DNA of 64,000 nucleotides from Candidatus Doudnabacteria bacterium (GCA_016186915.1 JACPKU010000006.1:12488-76487), one strand, 5' to 3'. Counted from the stretch's first letter, positions 24,665 through 34,966 are shown. A program made the numbers and translations. Notes: generated by a model not told the origin, from the letters alone.

Positions 24665-26101
24665 TTAGTTTATTTTTTTCTTCTTCTTAGGCACCTCTAC
24701 CTTGAGATGCAATTCTTTGAGTTGTTTTTCAGTAACTTCCGAAGGGGAGCCCATCATCGGATCGGAAACAGATCCAGCAAGTGGAAAAGCGATTACTTCA
24801 GCAATTCTTTCTTCGCTGGCTAAGATTCGAATTAATCGATCAATTCCCGGAGCAATACCGCCGTGAGGGGGAACTCCGTAAGTAAAGGCTTCCAACATGT
24901 GGCTAAATTGTTTTTTTTGTTCTGGCGTAAAGCCAATGAGTTCAAAGATTTTTTCCTGTATTTTAGGATCGTGAATCCGAATACTGCCCCCGCCGATTTC
25001 CACCCCATTGAGCACTAAGTCGTGTTGTAGCCCCCGAGCCTTACCCGGGTCGCTGACCAGCAGAGAGATGTCATCAGGATGCGGAGCGGTGAACATATGA
25101 TGAGAAGGGGCCCACTTGCTTTCCCCTGAACCGTAGAAGAAGTCTTCCTCCGATTGTTCCGTGAACAGAGGGAAGTCCAAGACCCAGCAAAAAGCCAATT
25201 CATTGGGGTCTTGTTTATTTTTTCTTAAATCCGGCTTATCACTGTCGTATTTTGTCTTGGCTTCTCTGTGGCTAATCCGAGGCCAGGGAGTTTGAGTAAT
25301 TTTTTTCTCAGGCGTTAGAGTTTGGACTAAGGCAGTGAACAGTTTTTCAATCAGCTCTAAAATGTCGTTTTGTTCGACAAACGACACCTCCAAGTCGAGT
25401 TGATAAAATTCGCCTGGGCTTCTGTCCGCTCTGGCGTCTTCGTCGCGGAAACAGGGGGCGATTTGGAAATATTTTTCCAAACCCGCGACCATTAAAAGTT
25501 GTTTGTATTGCTGGGGGGATTGAGGGAGAGCGAAAAATTTTCCCGGATAAATACGAGAAGGAACCAGATAATCCCTTGCACCTTCAGGCGTAGATTTGGT
25601 TAAAATTGGCGTTTGGACTTCGGTGAATCCGAGGTCAGTTAAGTAGTTTCTAATAAAGTGGATGACTTTGTGTCGAAGTTTAAGATTTTTCTTCATCCGC
25701 TCACTTCTCAAATCAAGATAGCGGTACTTGAGTCTTTTTTCCTCATTTACATCTTTTGTATTGTCGATTTCAAAAGGTAAGGTTTCTGATTTATTGAGTA
25801 CGGTTAATTTACTTACCTCCAATTCAATCTTGCCTGTAGGCAACTCGTTGTTGATTTGTTTTTCATTGCGCTTTTTGATGGTCCCCTCTACCGCAAGTAC
25901 ATATTCACTTCGCACCGCTTGGGCGTTTTTGTGGGCTTGTGCCGCTACTTTTGGATTGACTACCAACTGCAAGATGCCTGTCATATCGCGCAAATCAAAA
26001 AAAATCAGCTTGCCGTGGTCGCGCCTGACATTCACCCAGCCCTGCAGCAAGACTTTTTCTCCAATTTTTTGCGGCGTTTCAGAAACGTAGGTTCTTTGCA
26101 T
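24665..26101 (-). CDS. aspS: Aspartate-tRNA ligase, short form lacking the GAD insertion domain
   Basis: GWV..RRDHG, STPEGARDY, ALPQSPQQYKQLLM, FRDEDAR, GGGSIRIH, PPHGG. Confidence 0.95.
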   Translation of the reverse strand: MQRTYVSETPQKIGEKVLLQGWVNVRRDHGKLIFFDLRDMTGILQLVVNPKVAAQAHKNAQAVRSEYVLAVEGTIKKRNEKQINNELPTGKIELEVSKLTVLNKSETLPFEIDNTKDVNEEKRLKYRYLDLRSERMKKNLKLRHKVIHFIRNYLTDLGFTEVQTPILTKSTPEGARDYLVPSRIYPGKFFALPQSPQQYKQLLMVAGLEKYFQIAPCFRDEDARADRSPGEFYQLDLEVSFVEQNDILELIEKLFTALVQTLTPEKKITQTPWPRISHREAKTKYDSDKPDLRKNKQDPNELAFCWVLDFPLFTEQSEEDFFYGSGESKWAPSHHMFTAPHPDDISLLVSDPGKARGLQHDLVLNGVEIGGGSIRIHDPKIQEKIFELIGFTPEQKKQFSHMLEAFTYGVPPHGGIAPGIDRLIRILASEERIAEVIAFPLAGSVSDPMMGSPSEVTEKQLKELHLKVEVPKKKKKIN

Positions 26102-26133
26102 ATACTATAAATTTACTTGGCCAGTATAACATA

Positions 26134-26171
26134 AAAAAAGCCCGGGCGCGAGTTGTGTTACGCGTCCGGGC
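26134..26171 (-). terminator. Terminator after purQ
   Basis: A7-GCCCGGGCGCG...CGCGTCCGGGC (hairpin plus T tract on the minus strand). Confidence 0.7.
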
Positions 26172-26202
26172 ACACTGTGTGTCCATTGATCTTTCTTGAT
26201 TC

Positions 26203-26931
26203 CTAGCGCACCGCATCCACGCCGTTGCGGAAGATGGCTAGGCCGTCATCACCTCCTCGAAGTTTGTCCACCCGGCGGTCAGGGTGGGGCATTATTCCCA
26301 TGATCAGACCTGTTGCGTCGCAGGCTGCTGCGATGTGTGAGCCGTTCGGACTGGCCGGGTACTCTTTAGTCCCTTCTTCCGTTCCGTACGTGCCGGTAAT
26401 GTGGAGCCGGTCCAAGTCGCCGACGGGTCGTCCTTCGCCGTGCGCTGTAGGGATCACGATCGGCACACCCTCCAGTCCTTTGGTCCATATGCATCGGACC
26501 TTGGGCTCGTGTAGGTATACCGTGACGTTGTACCAGTGTTCGAAGTTGGCTGACTGGTTGAAATCCAGCGCCACAGTCGGCTCTCTTGCTGGGCCTGCGC
26601 CGATGAGTCCGGCAGCGGTCAGGACCTGGAAGCCGTTGCAGATTCCCAGCATGGGAATCCTTCGTTCGAGTACACGACTCAGTTGATCGGAAAGCCGGAG
26701 TCTCAGGTCAATGGCTTGCACTCGGCCAGTGCCGAAGTGATCGCCGTGACCGAATCCGCCCGGCCAGATAATCAGATCCGCCTCATCCAGCCGGCGCCTG
26801 CCCAGGAGGCACAGCTTGAGCGGCAGGACCTCCGGTCTGGCACCGGCAAGTTCAAGGGCGCGTTGGGTTTCCAGGTGGCAGTTCGTGCCCGGAACCCAAG
26901 GGATGATCGCACGAGGCTTGTGGGTTCTCAT
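26203..26931 (-). CDS. purQ: FGAM synthase glutaminase subunit PurQ
   Basis: PGTNC, PGGF..GD, GICNGFQ, AHGEGR, MPHPDR; ATG 26931 overlaps the purL stop. Confidence 0.92.
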   Translation of the reverse strand: MRTHKPRAIIPWVPGTNCHLETQRALELAGARPEVLPLKLCLLGRRRLDEADLIIWPGGFGHGDHFGTGRVQAIDLRLRLSDQLSRVLERRIPMLGICNGFQVLTAAGLIGAGPAREPTVALDFNQSANFEHWYNVTVYLHEPKVRCIWTKGLEGVPIVIPTAHGEGRPVGDLDRLHITGTYGTEEGTKEYPASPNGSHIAAACDATGLIMGIMPHPDRRVDKLRGGDDGLAIFRNGVDAVR

Positions 26932-29798
26932 GACACTACCTCCCGGAACGTTTTTGCCCACAGCGTGCTTAGTGTTGCGATGTCGGTTGTGAACAGGCGA
27001 TCCCCCGACACGTCGATTACCTGAACGTCGGGGTTGGGCGTGACCCAGCCGATTTCGACTGCGTCGTGGCCGAGCCATTTGTAGTCATCGGTTTTGGTCG
27101 TGAACACGATGCCACACGACATCTCTCCGAAAAGCGAGAAGAGCGAGTCGAAGGGTAGGTTGAGAACAAACCCGAGCCTGGATCCGATGGCCATCTCGAA
27201 CAGTCTTCGGATTAGTCCACCCTCAACCACGGCCGAACGCGAGCCTACCACACCTTTTCGCGCCAGGCTGTGGTATTTCGAAAATCCCTTGACTGCTTGA
27301 GCGAGGTCCACGATGGGCAGTTCGTTTCCGCGTTGTCCGTAGAGATCGAACAGCACTGATCCGCCGAGGTGCTTCTGCATAAGCCCTGGGCAGAACAGAA
27401 TGATGCGTTCTCCGACGTTTCCGAACGCCTTGGGTCGTAGTAGTCGGCCATCAGCCATGCGGCCAACTGTGAGAATATCCAGTGTCAGCGGCGCGTCGAT
27501 TCGTTCTCCTGATTTCGTTACAAACGTGCCGCTTGAACTGTCTTTGCCGGTGATGATAGGAACCCCGAGTTGTTCTGATGCCGGGACATACCCTTCCTTG
27601 ACCAGCTCGATCAGGGCTCGAGCATTGGTGGGGTTGTCCAGCACCTTAGGAGTGTAGACGTTGGCACAGGCTGTGATCTGCTTTGGGTCAAACCCGGCAG
27701 CCACAAGCTTGGTGACTGCTTGCAGGAAGACAAGTCGACCCAAGCCAGCTGGCGAGACCTCGCCGTAGAACTGATTGACCGCGTTACCTACCCCAAGCGC
27801 AAATCTTTTGCCTGGAACAGGTGCGGCGGCAAACAGATCATCTGGCATGTTCTGATCTTCACCACCGAGGTAGGGGATGAATGTGTTTCCTTGGACGGTC
27901 TGGTCGAATCGGTGTGCAGCCCACGATTGGTCGGCGAGATGGAAGTGGCCGAGGTGCTGGACGACAAGGTCTATCCAGTCCTGCTCGCTTGTGGGGATTG
28001 GCGGTTGGAACGGTTTTGGCTTTGGGAGCCGATCAGCCACCTCAATGCGTGGAAGGGGACAGTCATCCGTGAGGAACTCGTATGGCAGGTCCTCTACAAT
28101 CCCTTTTTCCGAAAGGGCCGGGGTTTGGAGCCATTGACGCTGGTCGAGTTCATCGTCAAACGCCACGACGCAGCGTCCGGTGTTGGTAAACATACCGATT
28201 ACGTCTGACGGCACGTCGTATTGGTCCAGAGTGTCTAGGGCCAGATCAAGGCGGCCAGGAGGAACGGCGATAACCATCCGCTCCTGGGATTCAGATAGCC
28301 AGATTTGCCAGCAGGACAGGCCAGCTGTCTTGAGTCGCACCCAAGCCAGGTTGACCCAGATGCCGCAACTCGAACCCATCTCACCAGCAGCAGAAGCAAG
28401 TCCGGCTGCGCCGCAGTCTGTGATTGCTCGGATGCAGCCCTGGTCGCGCAGAATAGGCACTGCTTCCATGAACTTGCGCTGTTCGATTGGGGCGCCGATT
28501 TGGACATGCGCTGCGTCCACGACTGCTGTTTGGTGGGTCATGCTGTCTGAACTGACCGTGGCGCCGTGGATCCCGTCGTTGCCTGTGGGACCACCAATGA
28601 GGAAGATGAAATCCCCAGGCACAGGTGCGCCCTTTTGGGCTTTGTCCTCGGGAATGATCCCGATACTGTGCCCTAGCGCAAACCCTTTCCAGTTGCGAGG
28701 ATGCATGAGGTAGGCAGAACAGGCCATGGGGATGCCCATTGGGTTCGTATATTCGTGTGTTCCGCGGATGGCTTCTTGGATTACTCTGGCCGGGTGGAAA
28801 GCACCTTCTGGCACGTCGTTCCAGTTGGTTCTGGGATCGGTAGTGGCCATGATGGTTGTGCCGCAAACAGGCCAACCTCCGAGCCCAGTTCCGATAACGT
28901 CGCGGATCACCCCGCCGTGCTTGGTCATGATACCGCCGTAAGGGTCGCCAGCGAATGTGGGAGAGATGTGGGTCTCGCCCTTGATGATCACGGCCCAGCC
29001 GCCGAACAGCTCCATCACTCCGCCGTTGTCCACGAAACATGACAGCACCAGCGGGTGGTTGATCTTTTCGGTCGCGGCCCGAATACACGGCAGCAGCCCC
29101 AGAGCCTTGAAGGTTGTGTGGAAGCAGTGGTCAGACCAGGCCGCGGCCGGATGTTCGAGTTCGACATCAGTCAGTGCGCGTCGCAGATTTCGACTGATGT
29201 GCTGTATCGCTAGTAGTTGTGCGTCCGTGAGGTGAGTCATCTTTCGGCTCTTTGCGAGGGTTTTCAGTTCTGCTTTGTCCATGCCCGCGACTGAAAAAAA
29301 CTGGACGGGCAAAGCCTCTGCTTGAGGGATCAGGGTGTCCCATTGCGCTTCGTTGATCACCTGCACTTCTGGGTTGTACAGATGGCGTGCGGCGATTTCC
29401 CGAGCAGCGATTTCGTCCACACCGGAAAATTGATACCGGTGCGCCAAGCGAACCCAGGTAACACCTTGGACACCGACAGCCTGGAAAGCGTGGAGGGCGG
29501 TTGGCATTTCCGGGTCGGTCATTGCCCGTTTGTAAGCCACTTCGATCACTGGTCCGCGGCTTAGATCGAGACGTGAACTAGAGAACGCAGTCTCGATCAC
29601 GGGATTTGCAAAAAGAATCCCGATGCGCGCCAGGTCAGCGATGGAAAGCTCAGGGCCTTCGCAACGGATCACCACCTCAATGTTCACTGACCTGAGTGAC
29701 GGCCAGGAGGCGAGAGCCGCGGCATGCAGTCTTTTGGCGATTGGGTCGTCGACGGTCCGAGTTTTGAAGAGAGTCAAAATTGGCATCAGGTTCTCCAA
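26928..29798 (-). CDS. purL: FGAM synthase PurL with N-terminal PurS-like extension
   Basis: WSDHCFH, KGETH.SP, GGVIRD, GG.TG.DGIHGAT, DCGAAGL, LSESQERM, TGKDS. Confidence 0.9.
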   Translation of the reverse strand: MENLMPILTLFKTRTVDDPIAKRLHAAALASWPSLRSVNIEVVIRCEGPELSIADLARIGILFANPVIETAFSSSRLDLSRGPVIEVAYKRAMTDPEMPTALHAFQAVGVQGVTWVRLAHRYQFSGVDEIAAREIAARHLYNPEVQVINEAQWDTLIPQAEALPVQFFSVAGMDKAELKTLAKSRKMTHLTDAQLLAIQHISRNLRRALTDVELEHPAAAWSDHCFHTTFKALGLLPCIRAATEKINHPLVLSCFVDNGGVMELFGGWAVIIKGETHISPTFAGDPYGGIMTKHGGVIRDVIGTGLGGWPVCGTTIMATTDPRTNWNDVPEGAFHPARVIQEAIRGTHEYTNPMGIPMACSAYLMHPRNWKGFALGHSIGIIPEDKAQKGAPVPGDFIFLIGGPTGNDGIHGATVSSDSMTHQTAVVDAAHVQIGAPIEQRKFMEAVPILRDQGCIRAITDCGAAGLASAAGEMGSSCGIWVNLAWVRLKTAGLSCWQIWLSESQERMVIAVPPGRLDLALDTLDQYDVPSDVIGMFTNTGRCVVAFDDELDQRQWLQTPALSEKGIVEDLPYEFLTDDCPLPRIEVADRLPKPKPFQPPIPTSEQDWIDLVVQHLGHFHLADQSWAAHRFDQTVQGNTFIPYLGGEDQNMPDDLFAAAPVPGKRFALGVGNAVNQFYGEVSPAGLGRLVFLQAVTKLVAAGFDPKQITACANVYTPKVLDNPTNARALIELVKEGYVPASEQLGVPIITGKDSSSGTFVTKSGERIDAPLTLDILTVGRMADGRLLRPKAFGNVGERIILFCPGLMQKHLGGSVLFDLYGQRGNELPIVDLAQAVKGFSKYHSLARKGVVGSRSAVVEGGLIRRLFEMAIGSRLGFVLNLPFDSLFSLFGEMSCGIVFTTKTDDYKWLGHDAVEIGWVTPNPDVQVIDVSGDRLFTTDIATLSTLWAKTFREVVS

Positions 29799-29921
29799 TA
29801 TTGAAAGAAAGATCGTTTTCCTCCTACGAACTTACAAGAACTTCAAGGACGCTCGCCCTTGACTTTCCAGTCTACCATAGTTTGATGGTTGGAGAAAATA
29901 ATTATGGTATAATGCACGAGT

Positions 29922-30500
29922 ATGTTAAATAAAATTGTTCTCGATCTTGAAACTCAAAAATCGTTTGATGAAGTAGGCGGCAGGGACCGGAACCATATGT
30001 TGAAAGTCTCGGTGGTGGGGATTTATTCTTATTCGTTGAATAAATTTTCGACCTTCACCGAAAGTCAGTTGTTTCGCCTTGGCGAGATGCTCGCAGAGGC
30101 AGATCAGATCATTGGTTTTAACATAAAAAATTTCGATTTTCCAGTCTTACAGCCTTATCTAAGTTTTAAACTTAATAAAATTCCTCATCTCGACATCTTG
30201 GAAGAGGTGGAGAAGCTTATCGGGCACAGAGTGAAGCTGGACAACCTGGCCCAGACGACCCTGGGGACAGCCAAGAGCGGGGACGGACTGATGGCCTTAA
30301 AGCTTTTCAAACAGGGGAGGATGGAGGAGTTAAAAAAATATTGTTTGGATGATGTCAAAATCACGCGCGATTTGTACAACTACGTCCGGAAATACGGCAA
30401 ACTTATTTATAAAGATTACTTTGAAACCCGAGAAATAAAAATAAATTTTGAGGAGCCGCAAGGAAGACAGAAGGCCTCGCGTCAAGCTTCATTATTCTGA
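29922..30500 (+). CDS. Stand-alone RNase H-like (YprB/RNase_H_2) exonuclease domain protein
   Basis: VLDLETQ, IGFN...FD, YCLDDV DEDD-type motifs. Confidence 0.85.
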   Translation: MLNKIVLDLETQKSFDEVGGRDRNHMLKVSVVGIYSYSLNKFSTFTESQLFRLGEMLAEADQIIGFNIKNFDFPVLQPYLSFKLNKIPHLDILEEVEKLIGHRVKLDNLAQTTLGTAKSGDGLMALKLFKQGRMEELKKYCLDDVKITRDLYNYVRKYGKLIYKDYFETREIKINFEEPQGRQKASRQASLF

Positions 30501-30501
30501 C

Positions 30502-31359
30502 ATGAAAAAATATATCTTTTGGTTATCAGTGTCGGTATCAGTATTGACAGGCACGGCGTTAGTTTATTTTTTCTTTGTGCCCGCGTTCGCAGGAAAGATT
30601 ATAATCTCTCCAGTTATTGATCTTGGTATTTTCACTATTCGCTGGTATGGTCTAATGATCGCTTTGGCGGTTTTGACAGGATTTTTAGTCGCCCGGAAGT
30701 ATGCTTGGAAATTCGGCATTGATGCAAGACAGTTGACTGATTTTGCTTTTTGGTTGGTGATTGTGTCGGGAATCGGGGCAAGATTATACTTTGTTATTTT
30801 CGAGTTTAATTATTTTGTTCGCAATCCTCTGGAGATTGTAGAAATCTGGCATGGCGGGATTTCGATTTATGGCGCAGTCATCTCAGGCTTCGTTTTTGCT
30901 TTTTTCTATGCAAGGCGAAAAGCATATTCTTCCTGGCAACTGATGGATCTGACCGCGCTTTCATTACCGCTGGCGCAGGCAGTCGGCCGTTTCGGTAATT
31001 TTTTCAATCAAGAAGCTTTCGGACTCCCTACGAACTTGCCCTGGAAAATGTTCGTTGGTAGAAACAACCGGCCTCTGGAGTTTGTTGACGCTGATTTTTT
31101 TCATCCTACTTTTTTGTATGAAGCAATCTGGAATGTTATTGTTTTTTTCGTTCTTTTAAAACTGGTCGGGCGGCACAAAAGCGGAGTTTTAGCCTTTGCA
31201 TATTTGATGTCCTATTCATTGGGCAGGTTTTTTATTGAAGGCATCCGGCTTGACAGCGCCCTTATTATGGGGTTTAGATCTGATCAGGTTATCGCGTTGA
31301 TTATTTTTCTTTTCGCCGGATTTATGATTTACCGCTTGTCTCGCACGCCACAACAGTAA
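30502..31359 (+). CDS. lgt: Prolipoprotein diacylglyceryl transferase
   Basis: IRWYG, IGARLY, GRFGNFFNQEAFG, HPTFLYE, RFFIE..R. Confidence 0.95.
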   Translation: MKKYIFWLSVSVSVLTGTALVYFFFVPAFAGKIIISPVIDLGIFTIRWYGLMIALAVLTGFLVARKYAWKFGIDARQLTDFAFWLVIVSGIGARLYFVIFEFNYFVRNPLEIVEIWHGGISIYGAVISGFVFAFFYARRKAYSSWQLMDLTALSLPLAQAVGRFGNFFNQEAFGLPTNLPWKMFVGRNNRPLEFVDADFFHPTFLYEAIWNVIVFFVLLKLVGRHKSGVLAFAYLMSYSLGRFFIEGIRLDSALIMGFRSDQVIALIIFLFAGFMIYRLSRTPQQ

Positions 31360-31424
31360 TGGCGCCTAAGTGCGGGGGTTGAAAAAAGCCTGAAAAATTG
31401 CTATTCTTTTAGTCTAATTTGCTT

Positions 31425-32135
31425 ATGACCAAACACCTTTCTGCCATTTCGCTAAGTTTGCTGCTCCTTTTTGCACTAAGTGGAAGTACAGGCAGTATTT
31501 CATTACTCGCAGTATTTGTGTTAGGGCTGATTCTGATCACCTACCTTGTTAATTTTTTCAGATTAGGATTCACCTGGCCGCACCTGCTCCTCCCGACTTT
31601 TTTCTTGCTGGCCGTCGGGTTTGTGTTTACGATTATTACCACCCCGACATTGCGATTGATTTTTCTTTTGGTTGCCGCTGCCCTGTTTTATTTCTTGGAA
31701 ACAAAGCTCGGCCGCGAAAGTCATTATCTTCAAGGACTGTACTTATTTTCCATATTTGGCATCTATGCCGGACTGTTTGCTTTGCGATTTTATCTTAATC
31801 TAAATGTTTGGCTGTTGTTGCTGTTGATAATTTTGGCTACTTATTTTTTTTCCATCCAGGGATTTGCCGGATTTGATCTTTCGTCCAAACGGAATTTTAT
31901 CTTCATAATTGTTTTAGTTATTGCACAGTCAGGTCTGGGACTGACGCTTTGGCCAACCCATTTTTTGATCAACGCCGCAGTATTGTTTACGTTTTTCTAT
32001 TTATTGTGGATTTTTGCTGTTTCCGCCTTTTTGGGCAAACTGACTATGAAAAAGATCTTTTGGCAGATTGGTTTGGTAAGCGTTTTTTTGCTAATCATAT
32101 TGTCTTCAGCGGCTTGGCGCCCGCTTTTGAGTTAA
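31425..32135 (+). CDS. Hypothetical polytopic membrane protein
   Basis: Eight or more hydrophobic segments. Confidence 0.7.
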   Translation: MTKHLSAISLSLLLLFALSGSTGSISLLAVFVLGLILITYLVNFFRLGFTWPHLLLPTFFLLAVGFVFTIITTPTLRLIFLLVAAALFYFLETKLGRESHYLQGLYLFSIFGIYAGLFALRFYLNLNVWLLLLLIILATYFFSIQGFAGFDLSSKRNFIFIIVLVIAQSGLGLTLWPTHFLINAAVLFTFFYLLWIFAVSAFLGKLTMKKIFWQIGLVSVFLLIILSSAAWRPLLS

Positions 32136-32139
32136 ACTC

Positions 32140-32433
32140 ATGTCTCCATCCCGAAGAATTGATTGGTCAATTTATACCCCGTTTCAGCAGAGAGTCTTTC
32201 GTGTCATTATGAAAATCCCGAAAGGCCGGGTGTTGACTTATGGCCAGGTGGCCACAAAAATGGGAAACAAAAAATGGGCCAGAGCAGTGGGACAAGCGCT
32301 GGCTAAAAACCAACACGCGCCCGCTATTCCTTGCCATAGGGTTGTGGGTTATAATAGTATGGGTGGCTACAGTGCCGAAGGAGGCGTGAAGCGCAAGGCT
32401 AAATTATTATTGAGGGAAGGACATCATGTCTAA
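32140..32433 (+). CDS. MGMT/Ogt-family alkyltransferase (C-terminal domain only)
   Basis: IPKGRVLTYG, ARAVG, IPCHRVV. Confidence 0.9.
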   Translation: MSPSRRIDWSIYTPFQQRVFRVIMKIPKGRVLTYGQVATKMGNKKWARAVGQALAKNQHAPAIPCHRVVGYNSMGGYSAEGGVKRKAKLLLREGHHV

Positions 32434-33490
32434 AAAACTTTTACTTCAGATATTAATCATTTCATTCATTGTGGGTGCTTTTGGCAGTATTTTTTTTGAT
32501 CGCGTGGTTCTCCCGCCGCTTTCTACCTTCCCGGGTCTGTCATGGTTGAGCAGGCTTCGAAGCGACACGCCAATTGTGATTACCAGAAAAGAAGAAGTCC
32601 GGCTCAACGAGGGCGTGAATTTGATAGAGTTGACTAAGCAAGCACAGGGGTTTACAGTCAGCATCTTTAATGTTTCAGAATCAAGCACCGAGCTTTTGGG
32701 AAGCGGGATTATCCTATCTTCCGACGGTTTAATTTTTACTGCCAAAGCAGTGGTCGGATCACAAAGCGAAGTTACTGTGGTGCTCAACGACGGCTCAAAT
32801 TATCCAGGCTTGGTGCGGGCGCTGGACCCAAACAGTGAGTTGGCCGTGGTGACCATTCCGACAAACAATCTTCCTATAGCGCAGTTTGAAAAAGTGGCTG
32901 ATTTGGTGGTGGCGCAAAGAGTTTTGGCGCTTGGCAAAACCACGGAGCCGTTTACTAGAAAATTCGCCTCCGGCTTTGTGACCAAAACGGTTTTCAATAA
33001 TCCTGACCCGAATAAAGTTTTTTCCTCTGATTTTTTGGGCAGCACGATTCTTACTGACGCTCCGCTGTCAAACGATTTTGCAGGAGGCCCGGTGTTTAAC
33101 CTAAACGGCCGAGTGGTGGGTATGGTGGCGGATACCGGCGGGAAAATATTAATTTCTGAAAGCTTGGATCCCGCGCTGAAGACCTATTTGGCAGAAGGCA
33201 AAATTGTCCGTCCTAAGCTCGGATTGAATTATATCAACATCACTGATAGTCTGGCGAAGCTCCTTGGTTTGAATTTTGGCGGCGCTAGAGTGGTACAGAT
33301 TCAACGGGGGGGAGCAGCGAGCCTGGCAGGCCTGAAGGTTAATGACGTGGTCGTGGAGATTGAGGGGCAATCAGTTGTGGAGAAAAACTTTGAGTTTGTT
33401 TTCAACAGCAATCTTTCCGAGAACATGAGATTTGTGATTTTGCGAGACAACGAAAGGGAAGAGATAATTGTTAATCCAGTAATTGAGTAA
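32426..33490 (+). CDS. HtrA-like trypsin plus PDZ protein, catalytic triad degenerate
   Basis: GSGIILSSDGLIFT, GGPVFNLNGRVVG, C-terminal PDZ (AGLKVNDVVVEIEG). Confidence 0.8.
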   Translation: MSKKLLLQILIISFIVGAFGSIFFDRVVLPPLSTFPGLSWLSRLRSDTPIVITRKEEVRLNEGVNLIELTKQAQGFTVSIFNVSESSTELLGSGIILSSDGLIFTAKAVVGSQSEVTVVLNDGSNYPGLVRALDPNSELAVVTIPTNNLPIAQFEKVADLVVAQRVLALGKTTEPFTRKFASGFVTKTVFNNPDPNKVFSSDFLGSTILTDAPLSNDFAGGPVFNLNGRVVGMVADTGGKILISESLDPALKTYLAEGKIVRPKLGLNYINITDSLAKLLGLNFGGARVVQIQRGGAASLAGLKVNDVVVEIEGQSVVEKNFEFVFNSNLSENMRFVILRDNEREEIIVNPVIE

Positions 33491-33492
33491 AT

Positions 33493-33900
33493 ATGCAAGA
33501 TTGTATTTTTTGTAAAATCGTTGAAGGATCGATTCCGTCGAATAAGGTTTACGAGGACGATCAGGTCTTAGCATTTTTGGATATCCGGCCAGTGAGTAAG
33601 GGGCACACCTTAGTTATTCCCAAAAAACATTCTCAAGACTTGTTGGATACTGACGACGAGACGCTGCAGCACCTTCTACTGGCAGCCAAAAAAGTGTCCC
33701 GGGCCGTAGTAAAGGCCACGGGGGCTCAAGGCTTTAATCTCGGGGTGAACAATGGCAAAGATTCAGGTCAGGAAGTGATGCATTTGCATTTTCATATCAT
33801 TCCTCGATACGTCAATGACGGTCTAAGCCCGTGGCCGCACCGAGAAAGCGATCCCACCGCCCTTTCCGAGCTTGCAAAAAATATTAAGCAGGCGTTTTGA
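33493..33900 (+). CDS. HIT-family hydrolase
   Basis: DCIFCKI, GHTLVIPK, HLHFHIIPR. Confidence 0.95.
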   Translation: MQDCIFCKIVEGSIPSNKVYEDDQVLAFLDIRPVSKGHTLVIPKKHSQDLLDTDDETLQHLLLAAKKVSRAVVKATGAQGFNLGVNNGKDSGQEVMHLHFHIIPRYVNDGLSPWPHRESDPTALSELAKNIKQAF

Positions 33901-33901
33901 T

Positions 33902-34909
33902 ATGAAATATCTCATCACCGGCGGAGCGGGATTTATTGGTTCGAATTTCATTCATTATCTTTTTAAAAAATATCCAGATTGCGAAGTGGTAAATTTGGAT
34001 TTGCTTACTTATGCGGGGAATCTGGACAATTTAAAAGACATAGAAAATAATCCCAACTATAGATTTGTAAAAGGTGATATTGGAGATTTGGATTTGGTTT
34101 CTAAACTTGTGCAAGGGATAGATATGATCGTAAATTTTGCCGCAGAATCGCATAATGATCGTGCAATCATGGACCCTGGTATATTTGTAAAAACAAACGT
34201 GCTTGGAACCCAAATCCTTTTAGAGGCTGCCAAAAGAGCAGGGAACAAAAGATTCCATCATATCTCGACTTGTGAAGTCTTTGGAGATTTAGAATTGAAT
34301 GAAGATAGGAAATTTTTGGAAACAGACAAATTTCAGCCAAAAACTCCTTATAATGCCTCAAAAGCTGCAGCAAACCATGAGGTCATGGCCTATTTTCATA
34401 CTTATAAATTACCAGTGACAATCAGCCACTGTTCGAATAATTACGGCCCGTACCAATTTCCAGAGAAATTGATTCCATTGTTTGTTACCAATGCTCTGGA
34501 AGATAAACCTCTGCCACTTTTCAAAAATAGCCATTATAAGAGGGAATGGATACACGTTGATGATCATTCATCAGCAGTTGATTTAATACTACAAAAAGGA
34601 AAAATTGGGCAGAGCTATAATATCGGCACTGGCGTTGAAAAATCGGTTGAAGAAATCACTGATTTACTTTTAAAAATCCTTAATAAACCCGTGAGTCTTA
34701 AAACTTATGTTTCTGATAGATTGCAACATGACAAAAGGTATGTTTTGGATAATACAAAGATAAAAGAAGAATTGGGGTGGGGTCCGCAAATCGATTTTCA
34801 GAAAGGAATGGAAGAAACTATACAATGGTATCAGGAAAATAAAGATTGGTGGCAACGATGTAAAAGTGGCTCTTATCAAGACTATTACAACAGTTATTAC
34901 AAAAAATAA
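33902..34909 (+). CDS. rfbB: dTDP-glucose 4,6-dehydratase
   Basis: TGGAGFIGSNF, LTYAGN, AAESH.DR, YNASKA, NNYGPYQFPEKLIP. Confidence 0.95.
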   Translation: MKYLITGGAGFIGSNFIHYLFKKYPDCEVVNLDLLTYAGNLDNLKDIENNPNYRFVKGDIGDLDLVSKLVQGIDMIVNFAAESHNDRAIMDPGIFVKTNVLGTQILLEAAKRAGNKRFHHISTCEVFGDLELNEDRKFLETDKFQPKTPYNASKAAANHEVMAYFHTYKLPVTISHCSNNYGPYQFPEKLIPLFVTNALEDKPLPLFKNSHYKREWIHVDDHSSAVDLILQKGKIGQSYNIGTGVEKSVEEITDLLLKILNKPVSLKTYVSDRLQHDKRYVLDNTKIKEELGWGPQIDFQKGMEETIQWYQENKDWWQRCKSGSYQDYYNSYYKK

Positions 34910-34929
34910 TTTAACAAACAATAAATAAT

Positions 34930-34959
34930 AACTTATAATACTTTAACGTATTATAACTT
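34930..34959. promoter_or_regulatory. Palindromic site, copy 1 (core AATACTTTAACGTATTATAA)
   Basis: TTATAATAC-TTTAAC-GTATTATAA inverted repeat; repeated at 35361 and 59298. Confidence 0.75.
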
Positions 34960-34966
34960 GAACGAT

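Noticed and set aside
24665-26101. Short aspS as a pseudogene
   Set aside because: All catalytic motifs are intact, and the clean loss of the GAD insertion domain is a known compact form.
26225-29862. Many overlapping alternative-frame ORFs over purL/purQ (also over purM)
   Set aside because: These are expected shadow ORFs in GC-rich coding DNA and show no recognisable motifs.
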